Shown here piece after piece: positions 18,265 through 25,991 of a stretch of 25,991 bases of DNA (positions are counted from its first letter, which is position 1; each line of letters starts with the position of its first letter). The notes under the pieces were generated by a model, which worked only from the letters and a program-made list of their open reading frames with translations, searched no databases and had not been told where the DNA came from. The stretch spans positions 1 to 25,991 of the forward strand of contig JBDRUX010000026.1 of NCBI GenBank assembly GCA_039801565.1, read 5' to 3'. The position numbers were made by a program, and so were the translations under genes. Origin of the DNA: a candidate division WOR-3 bacterium. GTDB lineage: Bacteria > Hydrothermota > Tepidihabitantia > Tepidihabitantales > JAOUPE01.

Positions 18265-21200
18265 TTAATCGGCTCGGATTAATTTGTGCGTAATCTTATT
18301 CGGCGCTTCAGGGTCGGATAGGATTATAAAATATAGCCCTTTTGGCACCTGTTTTCCTGCCTTATCCGTTCCATCCCAAATAAGGCTGTGGCTGGTGGTT
18401 GGTGACTGGTGTTTGGTGTTAATAATCTTTACCAATTTACCGGTTATGTCATAAATGCGCAGCAAAATTGGGCTGGTGGCTTGTAACTGGTGATTGTAGG
18501 TAAGGTGAATCAGAGTCGTTTTGGTAAAAGGATTAGGAAAACATCTCATTTCAACCGGCAGAATACCAGTTGAGTAAAATTCCGGGTCACAATTCTTTTC
18601 CGCAACCGCTGTAACGCCATAAAGGTTGAGATTGAAATATACCACTGTTGTGTAATTACCCTGATTGCCTGCAAGCATTAAGACAAAATCAGCAATACTG
18701 TCCGATGGATTAGCTACAATCTGCATCCGATAAGGTATCGAGTTATTAGCGATTGAGTCGGGTTCAATATCACCAAAGGTAGCGGTTGAATCTATCATTA
18801 TTGCATCGGAATCTTCACTGCGCAGGACGGATGTGACATTATTAACACTGGCTCGCCCAAAGTTTTTAATCGTTAGATTAATAATAATTTCTTCACCCGG
18901 TTCGACCAATCCATTGCCATTGCCTAAAGAATCACTAAAATCTATCGCAATTAGCGACAACCAAGGTGCCGGAATGGCTTGGGGTGGAGCCGTGGTAAAA
19001 CGATAAACACGGTTCGAAGTCAATCCGGCAACACTTGGTTCGTATTCGCTATTATAAAGTAATTGTAACCCACGGGTTTGGGTATTGTCACAAATCCCTA
19101 CGGTATTAGAACTGGCATTGGCAACAACTTGATACTGAAACAGAATCTCGCCATCACCCGTGGGGGTAGGATAATAGGCCGGGTCAAAAAATATCACTTC
19201 AAAGGTCTCTTGGCTTTGGCGGTTGCCATAATGAGCCGCCTGGCGATATTCAATGATATAACGATGGTTGGTCGCATCATAATATTGGTAGGCGTCGCCA
19301 TAACCTTGCATCTGCTGTCTCATATCTAAATCATCCCAGAATGGGGCAATAAGATTTGGACAAGCCTGAAGAATTGGGGTATTTTCCGCGGAATTGAAAG
19401 TGCTAGTGCCCATAACTAAATAGCCATTAGAAGAAGCCGTGATTGTATTATAATTTTGCCCGTAATAGCGAAAAGTGAAAGGTAGATTAAGTGTGGTGAT
19501 GGCATTATTAGAATTAGTAATTTCGGGAATTATTTGACCAATCGTATTGATTTCAATCCAGTTATAAGTTGGAGCTTGTCCCGAATTAATATCGGTATTG
19601 TCATAGCAATAATAGCCATAAACATCTGGACCGGTCGGGACACTTTGACTTGCAACTCCAATCGTTAGAATTAAATTAAAAGAATCGGTAATTTCATAAG
19701 TCCCGCCAAAACCGAACTCAACGAAACGAATTGATGCCCGATAACCGGAAAAGACATTAGGACTAATACTCAAGGCAAATGGGTCATTGGTATTGGTTCT
19801 GGTTTCGCCTGGCGATAGTGGTCCAAAGTGACCAGTTGAGTCGGTAATTAAAATATAAGGGTCGTTAGTTCGTAATTTCATCTGGACATCTAAGAGTCGT
19901 CCTTGTCCCTGATTATTAATCGTCAAAAGCAATTTTCCACTCTCACCGGGGTCAAATCTGCCATTGTTATTACCGCCCGGGACCGGATCGGCAACACCGT
20001 AACTTTGATAAACGATTTTACCAGCATAGACAGTTAAACTGAAATTTTGTTGATAACTTCCCGCACTGTCTTGAATCATAAGCGCGAAATTTAATCGCTG
20101 CTGGTTAGAACAGGCCGGGGCAACTTGCAAGGCAAAGCCAGGAGTACTAAAAACAACACTATCCGGTAATATATCACCATAGTACTGCACGCTGTCGGTA
20201 ATAACAACTTGAGGTTCCGAACTATGCAAGGTTGCCCAAACTTGCCGCGCGGTCATACTGCCAACATTCTTTATGCCAATTTGAAGGTTTATAGCCTCAC
20301 CAGGATTGAGATTGTTATCGTTATTACCCCCCGGACTTGGGTCATTGATAATGTGCCCAAGATAGACTAAAAAGGGTCCACCAGTTGGCACAATCTCGGC
20401 ACTCCCTTCAAAAGGCAAAGAGTTGCGTGCGGTCACCGTAACCAGCATTGTGCCTAATGAAGTTGGACTCAAGGCAAATGTAACTTGACCTTGCGAATTG
20501 GTATAGCCATAGGCATAAATTTCATTTCCTTTCATTACGCAAACTAAAGCATTGCCCAATGGCAAACCTTGACGATTTACCGTCACAGTAAAATCCTGCG
20601 GAGCCATCGGAATAGTATTAGGGAAAGTGACGGTTAATGGTTTTGGCACTGCCGTCCACAGACATAATTCTGGGTCACCTAAGAGATTAAAACCTTCGTA
20701 TTCTGCTTGATTAGCAAATTGACTCCAAATCTGTTTCTTACCAGCAAGCACTGCAGTTGAAAGATTCCAACAAGTTTCCGCAAAAGCTTTTGTGAAAAAG
20801 CCAATTGTCATTGCCCCACGAATCGGTGCAATATTTATACCCGAATGGGTGTTGCCAACGAATGCGACCGCACCCTTCAGATTAGAAGTCGTGCCGGATT
20901 TTATCCAGGCATCCCCGACCATTGATTCACCAGGTGCTAAAGTCATCGTCGCGCAAGTGAAAGAACAGATCACCGGCAATTTACTACCGTTGGTTGTTGA
21001 GTTTGGGTTAACCGCAAATGGCGGATACCAATTGTAAGTAGCCGAACCCCGATAAAGCACAAATGTTCTGCCAGAACTCACCGCCGATACCACATTTGAT
21101 GCGGAGTGTCCATAAGCATCACAGAAAGTATCAATTCTTGTATAACCTTCGGCAATCATCTGGCTTGCGGCAAATCGAACATTGTTCCAATAGATGGTAT

Positions 21201-21693
21201 CATCAGGGTCGTCATCCTGATTGACGATTACAGTCCCGGCACGATACCAAAGGGTATCAGTCAGCAAGGGGTTTCGTTCATAATTCAAGGTCTTTGCCAC
21301 CATCACACTACATTGTGCTGGTGTCTTTGCTGGGAAGCGGCCATAGCCCAATTCCGCTTGATAATCACCAACCATATTCGCATATTCGTTATCAGTAGTA
21401 TAATAGCCTCGATTATAACTTGGCAAATATTCCGCACTGCCCACCAAGAGAATAAACTCTGGTCTCGGATTCCAAGTATTGTAAGCGTTTAAAATATAAT
21501 TTCGGATCTGAGTATTAGATGAACCAATCTCGGACAATCGAACAACTTTTGCTTTCATCCCTTTCTGATTTTTCCATTCGGCCAACGGTTGAATCGCCGA
21601 ATAAAAATTGTCGTGGGTTATAATAAGATAACGCGCACCCTCTTGGGCAAGACAAACCCCAAACAAAATCAAAAGAATAAAAAGTTTTTTCAT
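18265..21693 (-). CDS. Peptidase C25 (gingipain-family) protein with Ig-like/CARDB-like domains and FlgD-Ig/T9SS-like C-terminus
   Basis: YLIIT..LAEWKNQKG, FILLVG, TDNEYA, GRFPA, KTLNYE, KGAVAFVG, FNLLGDPEL; C-terminal PNPF..IYDITGKLV..WDGTD..GLYFI; ATG 21693 follows AGGAGTG (ORF track starts at 21699). Confidence 0.88.
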   Translation of the reverse strand: MKKLFILLILFGVCLAQEGARYLIITHDNFYSAIQPLAEWKNQKGMKAKVVRLSEIGSSNTQIRNYILNAYNTWNPRPEFILLVGSAEYLPSYNRGYYTTDNEYANMVGDYQAELGYGRFPAKTPAQCSVMVAKTLNYERNPLLTDTLWYRAGTVIVNQDDDPDDTIYWNNVRFAASQMIAEGYTRIDTFCDAYGHSASNVVSAVSSGRTFVLYRGSATYNWYPPFAVNPNSTTNGSKLPVICSFTCATMTLAPGESMVGDAWIKSGTTSNLKGAVAFVGNTHSGINIAPIRGAMTIGFFTKAFAETCWNLSTAVLAGKKQIWSQFANQAEYEGFNLLGDPELCLWTAVPKPLTVTFPNTIPMAPQDFTVTVNRQGLPLGNALVCVMKGNEIYAYGYTNSQGQVTFALSPTSLGTMLVTVTARNSLPFEGSAEIVPTGGPFLVYLGHIINDPSPGGNNDNNLNPGEAINLQIGIKNVGSMTARQVWATLHSSEPQVVITDSVQYYGDILPDSVVFSTPGFALQVAPACSNQQRLNFALMIQDSAGSYQQNFSLTVYAGKIVYQSYGVADPVPGGNNNGRFDPGESGKLLLTINNQGQGRLLDVQMKLRTNDPYILITDSTGHFGPLSPGETRTNTNDPFALSISPNVFSGYRASIRFVEFGFGGTYEITDSFNLILTIGVASQSVPTGPDVYGYYCYDNTDINSGQAPTYNWIEINTIGQIIPEITNSNNAITTLNLPFTFRYYGQNYNTITASSNGYLVMGTSTFNSAENTPILQACPNLIAPFWDDLDMRQQMQGYGDAYQYYDATNHRYIIEYRQAAHYGNRQSQETFEVIFFDPAYYPTPTGDGEILFQYQVVANASSNTVGICDNTQTRGLQLLYNSEYEPSVAGLTSNRVYRFTTAPPQAIPAPWLSLIAIDFSDSLGNGNGLVEPGEEIIINLTIKNFGRASVNNVTSVLRSEDSDAIMIDSTATFGDIEPDSIANNSIPYRMQIVANPSDSIADFVLMLAGNQGNYTTVVYFNLNLYGVTAVAEKNCDPEFYSTGILPVEMRCFPNPFTKTTLIHLTYNHQLQATSPILLRIYDITGKLVKIINTKHQSPTTSHSLIWDGTDKAGKQVPKGLYFIILSDPEAPNKITHKLIRAD

Positions 21694-21725
21694 CTTCACT
21701 CCTTTTTTACTTATTCAATTCAATC

Positions 21726-21753
21726 ATTCTATTAAATTTTTTCGCTATGTCAA
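21726..21753 (-). promoter_or_regulatory. Putative sigma70 promoter of the C25 gene
   Basis: TTGACA-N16-TAGAAT on minus strand. Confidence 0.55.
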
Positions 21754-21760
21754 TGATGTA

Positions 21761-21776
21761 TGCAAAAAATATGCCG
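21761..21776 (-). promoter_or_regulatory. Sigma54 (-24/-12) promoter
   Basis: CGGCAT-ATTTT-TTGCA on minus strand, correct GG-N10-GC spacing. Confidence 0.7.
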
Positions 21777-21781
21777 TCCTA

Positions 21782-21983
21782 TTGAACACTTGAACAACTT
21801 GAACCGTTTTTAGGATGCAAATACTCATTAATCTATCTTTCGTAAAAATAAAGGCTTTCATAACTCATCCAAATTGCTTGAATCATTTAGACAACCTGAA
21901 GCGTTTGATAATGTGCAAATTTTTGCAATGAATGAAATAAATTGCTCAAAATCGTCTTAAACAATTTGAACAACTTGAACCAT
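21782..21983. repeat. Three clusters of 9-nt TTGAAC(A/C)AY repeats
   Basis: TTGAACAC TTGAACAAC TTGAACCGT (21782-); TTGAATCAT TTAGACAAC CTGAAGCGT (21879-); TTAAACAAT TTGAACAAC TTGAACCAT (21957-). Confidence 0.65.
21913..21928. promoter_or_regulatory. Putative bEBP upstream activator site
   Basis: Near-palindrome GTGCAAATTTTTGCAA ~170 nt upstream of the predicted sigma54 +1. Confidence 0.55.
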
Positions 21984-22179
21984 ATTGATTATGAACCGCA
22001 GTTATCCTTAGTTGCCTTGTTTCACTTAACGGATTCACCGAATGCGGATAGCGCATTCATTTGTGATATTCGTTCTATTGGCGAAGCTTTGCCACAAAAC
22101 GTAGCGGCACAAAGAAAGAATTTTTCTCTTGGTTTTTGGCGGTTTGATGGCAATTATTTCGAATCGGGTCAAGATGATA

Positions 22180-22818
22180 TTAATGGGGTTCGAAAAATTT
22201 AATGTCTAAGATATGAATCACATAACTGGCGATAATTCCCAGACCAAATACCTGGCGAGTGATATAAACCGTTTGGTATTGGCGATAAGCCTGTTCAATT
22301 CTGGTTGGTTCGGTCTGTTCTAAATACCGCTGGTGATAAATTGGCGTTAAAATTGAACTGGTAACAAATCCGAAAAGCGAACCAGTCTGTAATGAGAAAA
22401 TAATAAAACCTTTGGTCTTTTTTTCATTACGGATTTGAAAGAGCCCAGGATAAAAATAAAATAAAGGGTCGGGTCGTTTCTTTTCCGATTTCTCTTTAAT
22501 TTGCTTTGCCAATTCCAACTTTGCGGCTTGAAATACCTCCATAATCTTCGGTGAAGTCTTGGTTGGGTCGAGATAATATTTGGGGGTAAGTCGCAATAGC
22601 GATAAAAACTTTTCTTTTGCTTCATCTTTCAAATCTAATGCCACATTGGCAAAAGCAATAATTTTCAAGATTTCGATTTGGGTTTCTTTCTTGGTCTCTG
22701 CTGCCAACATTTCTTCACCGCGGCTGATAACTGTTTGATAATCACCAGCCTTGTATAAAGAGTCTAAGAAATTTAACTCATTTGGGATTAGAAATAGAAG
22801 ACCAACAATCCAAATCAT
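22180..22818 (-). CDS. Hypothetical exported/membrane protein with TPR-like N-terminus and C-terminal hydrophobic helices
   Basis: Short signal; LYKAGDYQTV..EAKEKFLSLLRLTPKYYLDPTKTSPKIMEVFQAAK; YPGLFQ..KGFIIF and terminal hydrophobic segment. Confidence 0.7.
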   Translation of the reverse strand: MIWIVGLLFLIPNELNFLDSLYKAGDYQTVISRGEEMLAAETKKETQIEILKIIAFANVALDLKDEAKEKFLSLLRLTPKYYLDPTKTSPKIMEVFQAAKLELAKQIKEKSEKKRPDPLFYFYPGLFQIRNEKKTKGFIIFSLQTGSLFGFVTSSILTPIYHQRYLEQTEPTRIEQAYRQYQTVYITRQVFGLGIIASYVIHILDIKFFEPH

Positions 22819-22842
22819 TCTTTTTTTACGTAAGCAAAGTAA

Positions 22843-24024
22843 TCACAAGCAAATTACCTTTTTCACTTTAGCTTTCTCTCCCTTTTTTATTATTAAAAAA
22901 TAGATGCCCGGTTTAAGATTAGTTGGGTTAATTTTTTCCCCGGTGGCGTCAAATAACTTCCAATTTCTCTCGAACCTAAATCTTTCATTTGAAGAGAAGA
23001 CAGTAGGTCCTGAGAAATCCAATTCAATTTGGTTTTCAACCGTACTGTCCGGTGTCTCGCTAATTCCCAAAAAGGTATTTTGTTCAACAGTTCCGTAATA
23101 GTTACCAAGGTTATCTTTTCCGCCAATCGCATAGATATCGTTTCCAATCACCGCGGCGCCTAATCGGTATCTTGCTTGGTTGAGTGAATCAAAACGGCAC
23201 CAACAACTATCTTGATAAATTTCAACCCTTTTCGATAAAAAACCCTGCTGTCCTTCCAAACCACCGATCACAAAAATTTTATTTGCCAAGACCGCTGACG
23301 CAAAATATGCCCTTGACCTTGGCAAAGACCGAATTGAGTCCCAAGTATTGGTTATGGTATCAAAAACTTCACAAGTTCTAAGTGGTCCCCCCATCCGACC
23401 GCCAATGGCAAAGACCTTATCTCCATAGCTAACCGCATCGAAATAAGCTCTTGGGGTAAACATTGACCTTTTTATCACCCAACGGTTTTGAATCGGATTA
23501 TAAGCCTCAACGGTATCAGTAGCCATCGGATGTTGTCCTCGGTATTCACCACCCAATATGTAAATCCAATCGCCAATCACGGCTCCGGCTGCACCGGAGC
23601 GGGGATTTTGCCAAGATGAATTTACCGTCTCCCATGTATCTCTCAATGGGTCATAAACTTCAATAACACCTGTCGGTTTTGGTTCGTAAATATTGGTATT
23701 GGTATCCCCACCAATCACAAAAATTTTATTACCGACCACACCCGAAACCGCACTGTATCTTGGGGTTGGCATTGGCTGTTTAAAGACCCAACGGTCTTGT
23801 AGTGGGTCGTATTCTTCACAAATACCAGTCAGAACATCGTTAATCATTCTGCCACCAATTGCATATATTTTGTTATTTACCACTTCACAGACCAAACCGG
23901 CTCTCGGCACCTGAAGCGGTGCCTTAAAAACCCAATCCGCCCAAAGCAAAAATGGCAGAAATAGCAAGCCAATCGTTAAAATCCCAATTGGGCGTAGCAC
24001 AATTAAATTAACCGAAGTTCTCAT
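22843..24024 (-). CDS. Secreted kelch-repeat beta-propeller protein with short T9SS-like C-terminal tail
   Basis: Six kelch repeats (KIYAIGG, KIFVIGG, WIYILGG, KVFAIGG, KIFVIGG, DIYAIGG); tail LFDATGEK..KPGIYFL..KVKKVICL. Confidence 0.9.
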   Translation of the reverse strand: MRTSVNLIVLRPIGILTIGLLFLPFLLWADWVFKAPLQVPRAGLVCEVVNNKIYAIGGRMINDVLTGICEEYDPLQDRWVFKQPMPTPRYSAVSGVVGNKIFVIGGDTNTNIYEPKPTGVIEVYDPLRDTWETVNSSWQNPRSGAAGAVIGDWIYILGGEYRGQHPMATDTVEAYNPIQNRWVIKRSMFTPRAYFDAVSYGDKVFAIGGRMGGPLRTCEVFDTITNTWDSIRSLPRSRAYFASAVLANKIFVIGGLEGQQGFLSKRVEIYQDSCWCRFDSLNQARYRLGAAVIGNDIYAIGGKDNLGNYYGTVEQNTFLGISETPDSTVENQIELDFSGPTVFSSNERFRFERNWKLFDATGEKINPTNLKPGIYFLIIKKGEKAKVKKVICL

Positions 24025-24037
24025 TTACTTTTTTTAA

Positions 24038-24053
24038 TGCAAAAAGCGTGCCA
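24038..24053 (-). promoter_or_regulatory. Sigma54 (-24/-12) promoter, consensus match
   Basis: TGGCACGCTTTTTGCA on minus strand in the 36-nt gap between the kinase and kelch genes. Confidence 0.88.
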
Positions 24054-24060
24054 TGGATCG

Positions 24061-25668
24061 TTATTTTTCCGCTTCTTTTTTGGAACGGTGTAAAAAGTCA
24101 CAATGGATAGTCTCGGTTTCACCAAGTTTAAGGGAAACTGTCTCACTAACCGGTGGGTAGTTTGGATGCTCAAAGGTTATTTCGTATATCCCAGGCGAAA
24201 GATAAAGGACTCTCCCAATCGGCGTTGTCCCTCTTTCTACCCCTTGAATATAAACCTTTGCCCAGGGTTCGGCTGATACCCAAAGACCAGCAAATCGCTT
24301 GGTTAAATCAACAAAGATATTTAGTGTCTCTTTAGCCTTAGCACTAATTAGGGTCTCCCAGTCACCGATGTTCGGATTACTAAGCTTCAGTTGGGTAATA
24401 CCTGGCACCAATTTTAATGGTTGAGCGATTGGGGTCTGTCCCATAAATTTATCATTTAAATAAATATTTACCCAGGGTTCGGCACTTAACCTCAAAAAAG
24501 CGGTATCAGTAGCCCTTCCTGCCGGAGAACGGTTCAAATCGTTCAAGAGTTCGAGTTTCGCTTGCTTCTCTTCGGTAACTTTCCTTTGGTGCGCCGGCTC
24601 GGATTTTATGTTGGGAATTGAATTCGTAATGACTTTACTAAAGTTATCAGTCGGTTTATTCAAATTTGTCGGTCGGAGAGTGTCGATTCTTAACCCTACT
24701 TCAATCTTGGTGGGCAAGGCAATATTTTTTCGGTTGATATAAGTTTTAATCGCATAAAATGTTAATAATCCCAACACCACCGTAATAGTCCCAAGTGCAA
24801 AAACCCGGGGCAAAATTCGTTTTTTCGAAACAACCAGGTCGGGTTTAGTCAGTTTAGTAATAATCGGGTCGATTGTTTTCACAATCGTTTCACAAGAGTC
24901 AAACCGCTTTTCTGGATTCTTCTCAAGCATCTTTCCAATCAAGTCAGCTACCGGGGTAGAAAAAGTCAGTTTTGGCTTATGGTTCAGCACTTTATTCAGT
25001 ACACCGGTTAAGGTATCGGCAACAAATGGATTTTTGCCAGTTAAAAGCTCATACGCTACCACCCCTAATGAAAAGATATCGGAACGAAAATCAATTGGTT
25101 TGCCGGAAATCTGTTCTGGTGACATATAAGCTGGCGTGCCAATCACTTCACCCGCCAGGGTTATATTCTCTAAACTTAAGGTCTGAGCTAATCCGAAGTC
25201 AATCAATTTAATCGAGCCATCTTCTTTAATAATTATATTAGATGGTTTAATATCGCGATGCAAAATACCCCGTTTGTGCACCCGGGCTAAGATCTTAGCA
25301 ATTTCCTTAATGATCCTCAACGCCAGTTCAATTTCTAAACCGCCTTGAGGTAATTGTGATATTGTCAGGAATTCTGCCAAACTTTTTCCTTCAACAAATT
25401 CTGATACGATAAAAGCAATGTCTTGTTCTTTACCAAAGTCGAATATCTTGACAACCCCGGGGTCATCGAGTTGTGCCAAGATTTTACCTTCGCGTTCGAA
25501 TCGTTTAATCGCTTTATCTTCAGTACCGGTCCGCAGCGCAAGAATTTTAATGACAACTTTTCGCTCCAGTAATTTTTGGATTGCCAGATAGACCGCTACG
25601 GTATGCGAACGGCTGAGTAGTTTTATCGGGTCATATTTCTCTTTAAGAAAATCAGGTAGCATAGTCAT
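24061..25668 (-). CDS. Hanks-type Ser/Thr protein kinase with TM helix and C-terminal PEGA-like domains
   Basis: VVIK, RFEREG, HRDIKPSN, DFG, GTPAYMSPE, SDIFSLG; TM VFALGTITVVLGLLTFYAI; two SAEPW..(G/M)G.TPI..L.PG repeats. Confidence 0.93.
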   Translation of the reverse strand: MTMLPDFLKEKYDPIKLLSRSHTVAVYLAIQKLLERKVVIKILALRTGTEDKAIKRFEREGKILAQLDDPGVVKIFDFGKEQDIAFIVSEFVEGKSLAEFLTISQLPQGGLEIELALRIIKEIAKILARVHKRGILHRDIKPSNIIIKEDGSIKLIDFGLAQTLSLENITLAGEVIGTPAYMSPEQISGKPIDFRSDIFSLGVVAYELLTGKNPFVADTLTGVLNKVLNHKPKLTFSTPVADLIGKMLEKNPEKRFDSCETIVKTIDPIITKLTKPDLVVSKKRILPRVFALGTITVVLGLLTFYAIKTYINRKNIALPTKIEVGLRIDTLRPTNLNKPTDNFSKVITNSIPNIKSEPAHQRKVTEEKQAKLELLNDLNRSPAGRATDTAFLRLSAEPWVNIYLNDKFMGQTPIAQPLKLVPGITQLKLSNPNIGDWETLISAKAKETLNIFVDLTKRFAGLWVSAEPWAKVYIQGVERGTTPIGRVLYLSPGIYEITFEHPNYPPVSETVSLKLGETETIHCDFLHRSKKEAEK

Positions 25669-25991
25669 CTTCGATATTCAGTTCTCTCAGTTTATAGTAG
25701 AGGGCACGCCGCGAAATACCCAAAAGTTTTGCTGCTTCGGTCTTATCGCCTTTAGTCCGTTGTAAGACCTCAATAATCTTTGCCCGTTCGGTTTCCTTAA
25801 CTTGTTCCTTTAAAGTTGCGTGGGATTTTATTATAGCGTTTTTATTTTCCAAATGCAAATCCGAAGCGGTTATTAACGGGTTTTCGGCTAATGAGACGGC
25901 GCGCGCCATCGCGTTTTCCAATTCTCGAACATTACCTGGCCAGGGATAGGCCCGAATCAGTTTAATTGCCTCGGCACTTAAACCCTTAATC
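25652..25991 (-). CDS. Sigma54-dependent Fis-family activator (bEBP), C-terminal part, truncated by window edge
   Basis: Frame is open to the edge: [32 protein letters not shown]..; HTH GDKTEAAKLLGISRRALYYKL; stop overlaps the kinase start. Confidence 0.93.
   Translation of the reverse strand, partial: IKGLSAEAIKLIRAYPWPGNVRELENAMARAVSLAENPLITASDLHLENKNAIIKSHATLKEQVKETERAKIIEVLQRTKGDKTEAAKLLGISRRALYYKLRELNIEDDYAT

Noticed and set aside
21942..22202. 86-aa plus-strand ORF (LNNLNNLNH)
   Set aside because: It is a translation of the 9-nt repeats, with no RBS or recognisable family

Overview
Bacterial chromosomal window, AT-leaning and mostly minus-strand genes. The T9SS-type C-terminal domains, gingipain-family protein, HPrK and large SRP RNA suggest an FCB-superphylum candidate lineage such as WOR-3 (inference only). 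The left part is housekeeping: PTS IIA(Man), hprK, hpf/raiA, recR, dnaX, a large Alu-containing SRP RNA, an orphan NitT/TauT-type binding protein and a TPR protein. The rest is a sigma54-rich secreted-protein region. It holds two sigma54 enhancer-binding proteins (one TPR-fused with a variant GTATGI loop, one truncated by the right edge), a PEGA-domain Ser/Thr kinase, four -24/-12 promoters, and secreted M23, kelch, C25 gingipain-like, FG-GAP and carboxypeptidase-regulatory-repeat proteins plus an MFS transporter. The most unusual non-coding signals lie in a 2.2-kb segment (10383-12592) bracketed by perfect 23-bp inverted repeats. It contains (i) a candidate stand-alone ~88-nt structured RNA starting at the predicted +1 of a sigma54 promoter and (ii) a ~22-unit degenerate 12-nt periodic array (AAYC junctions, variable cores) ending in alternative hairpins, one terminator-like. 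A further ~98-nt three-way-junction element lies upstream of hpf/raiA.
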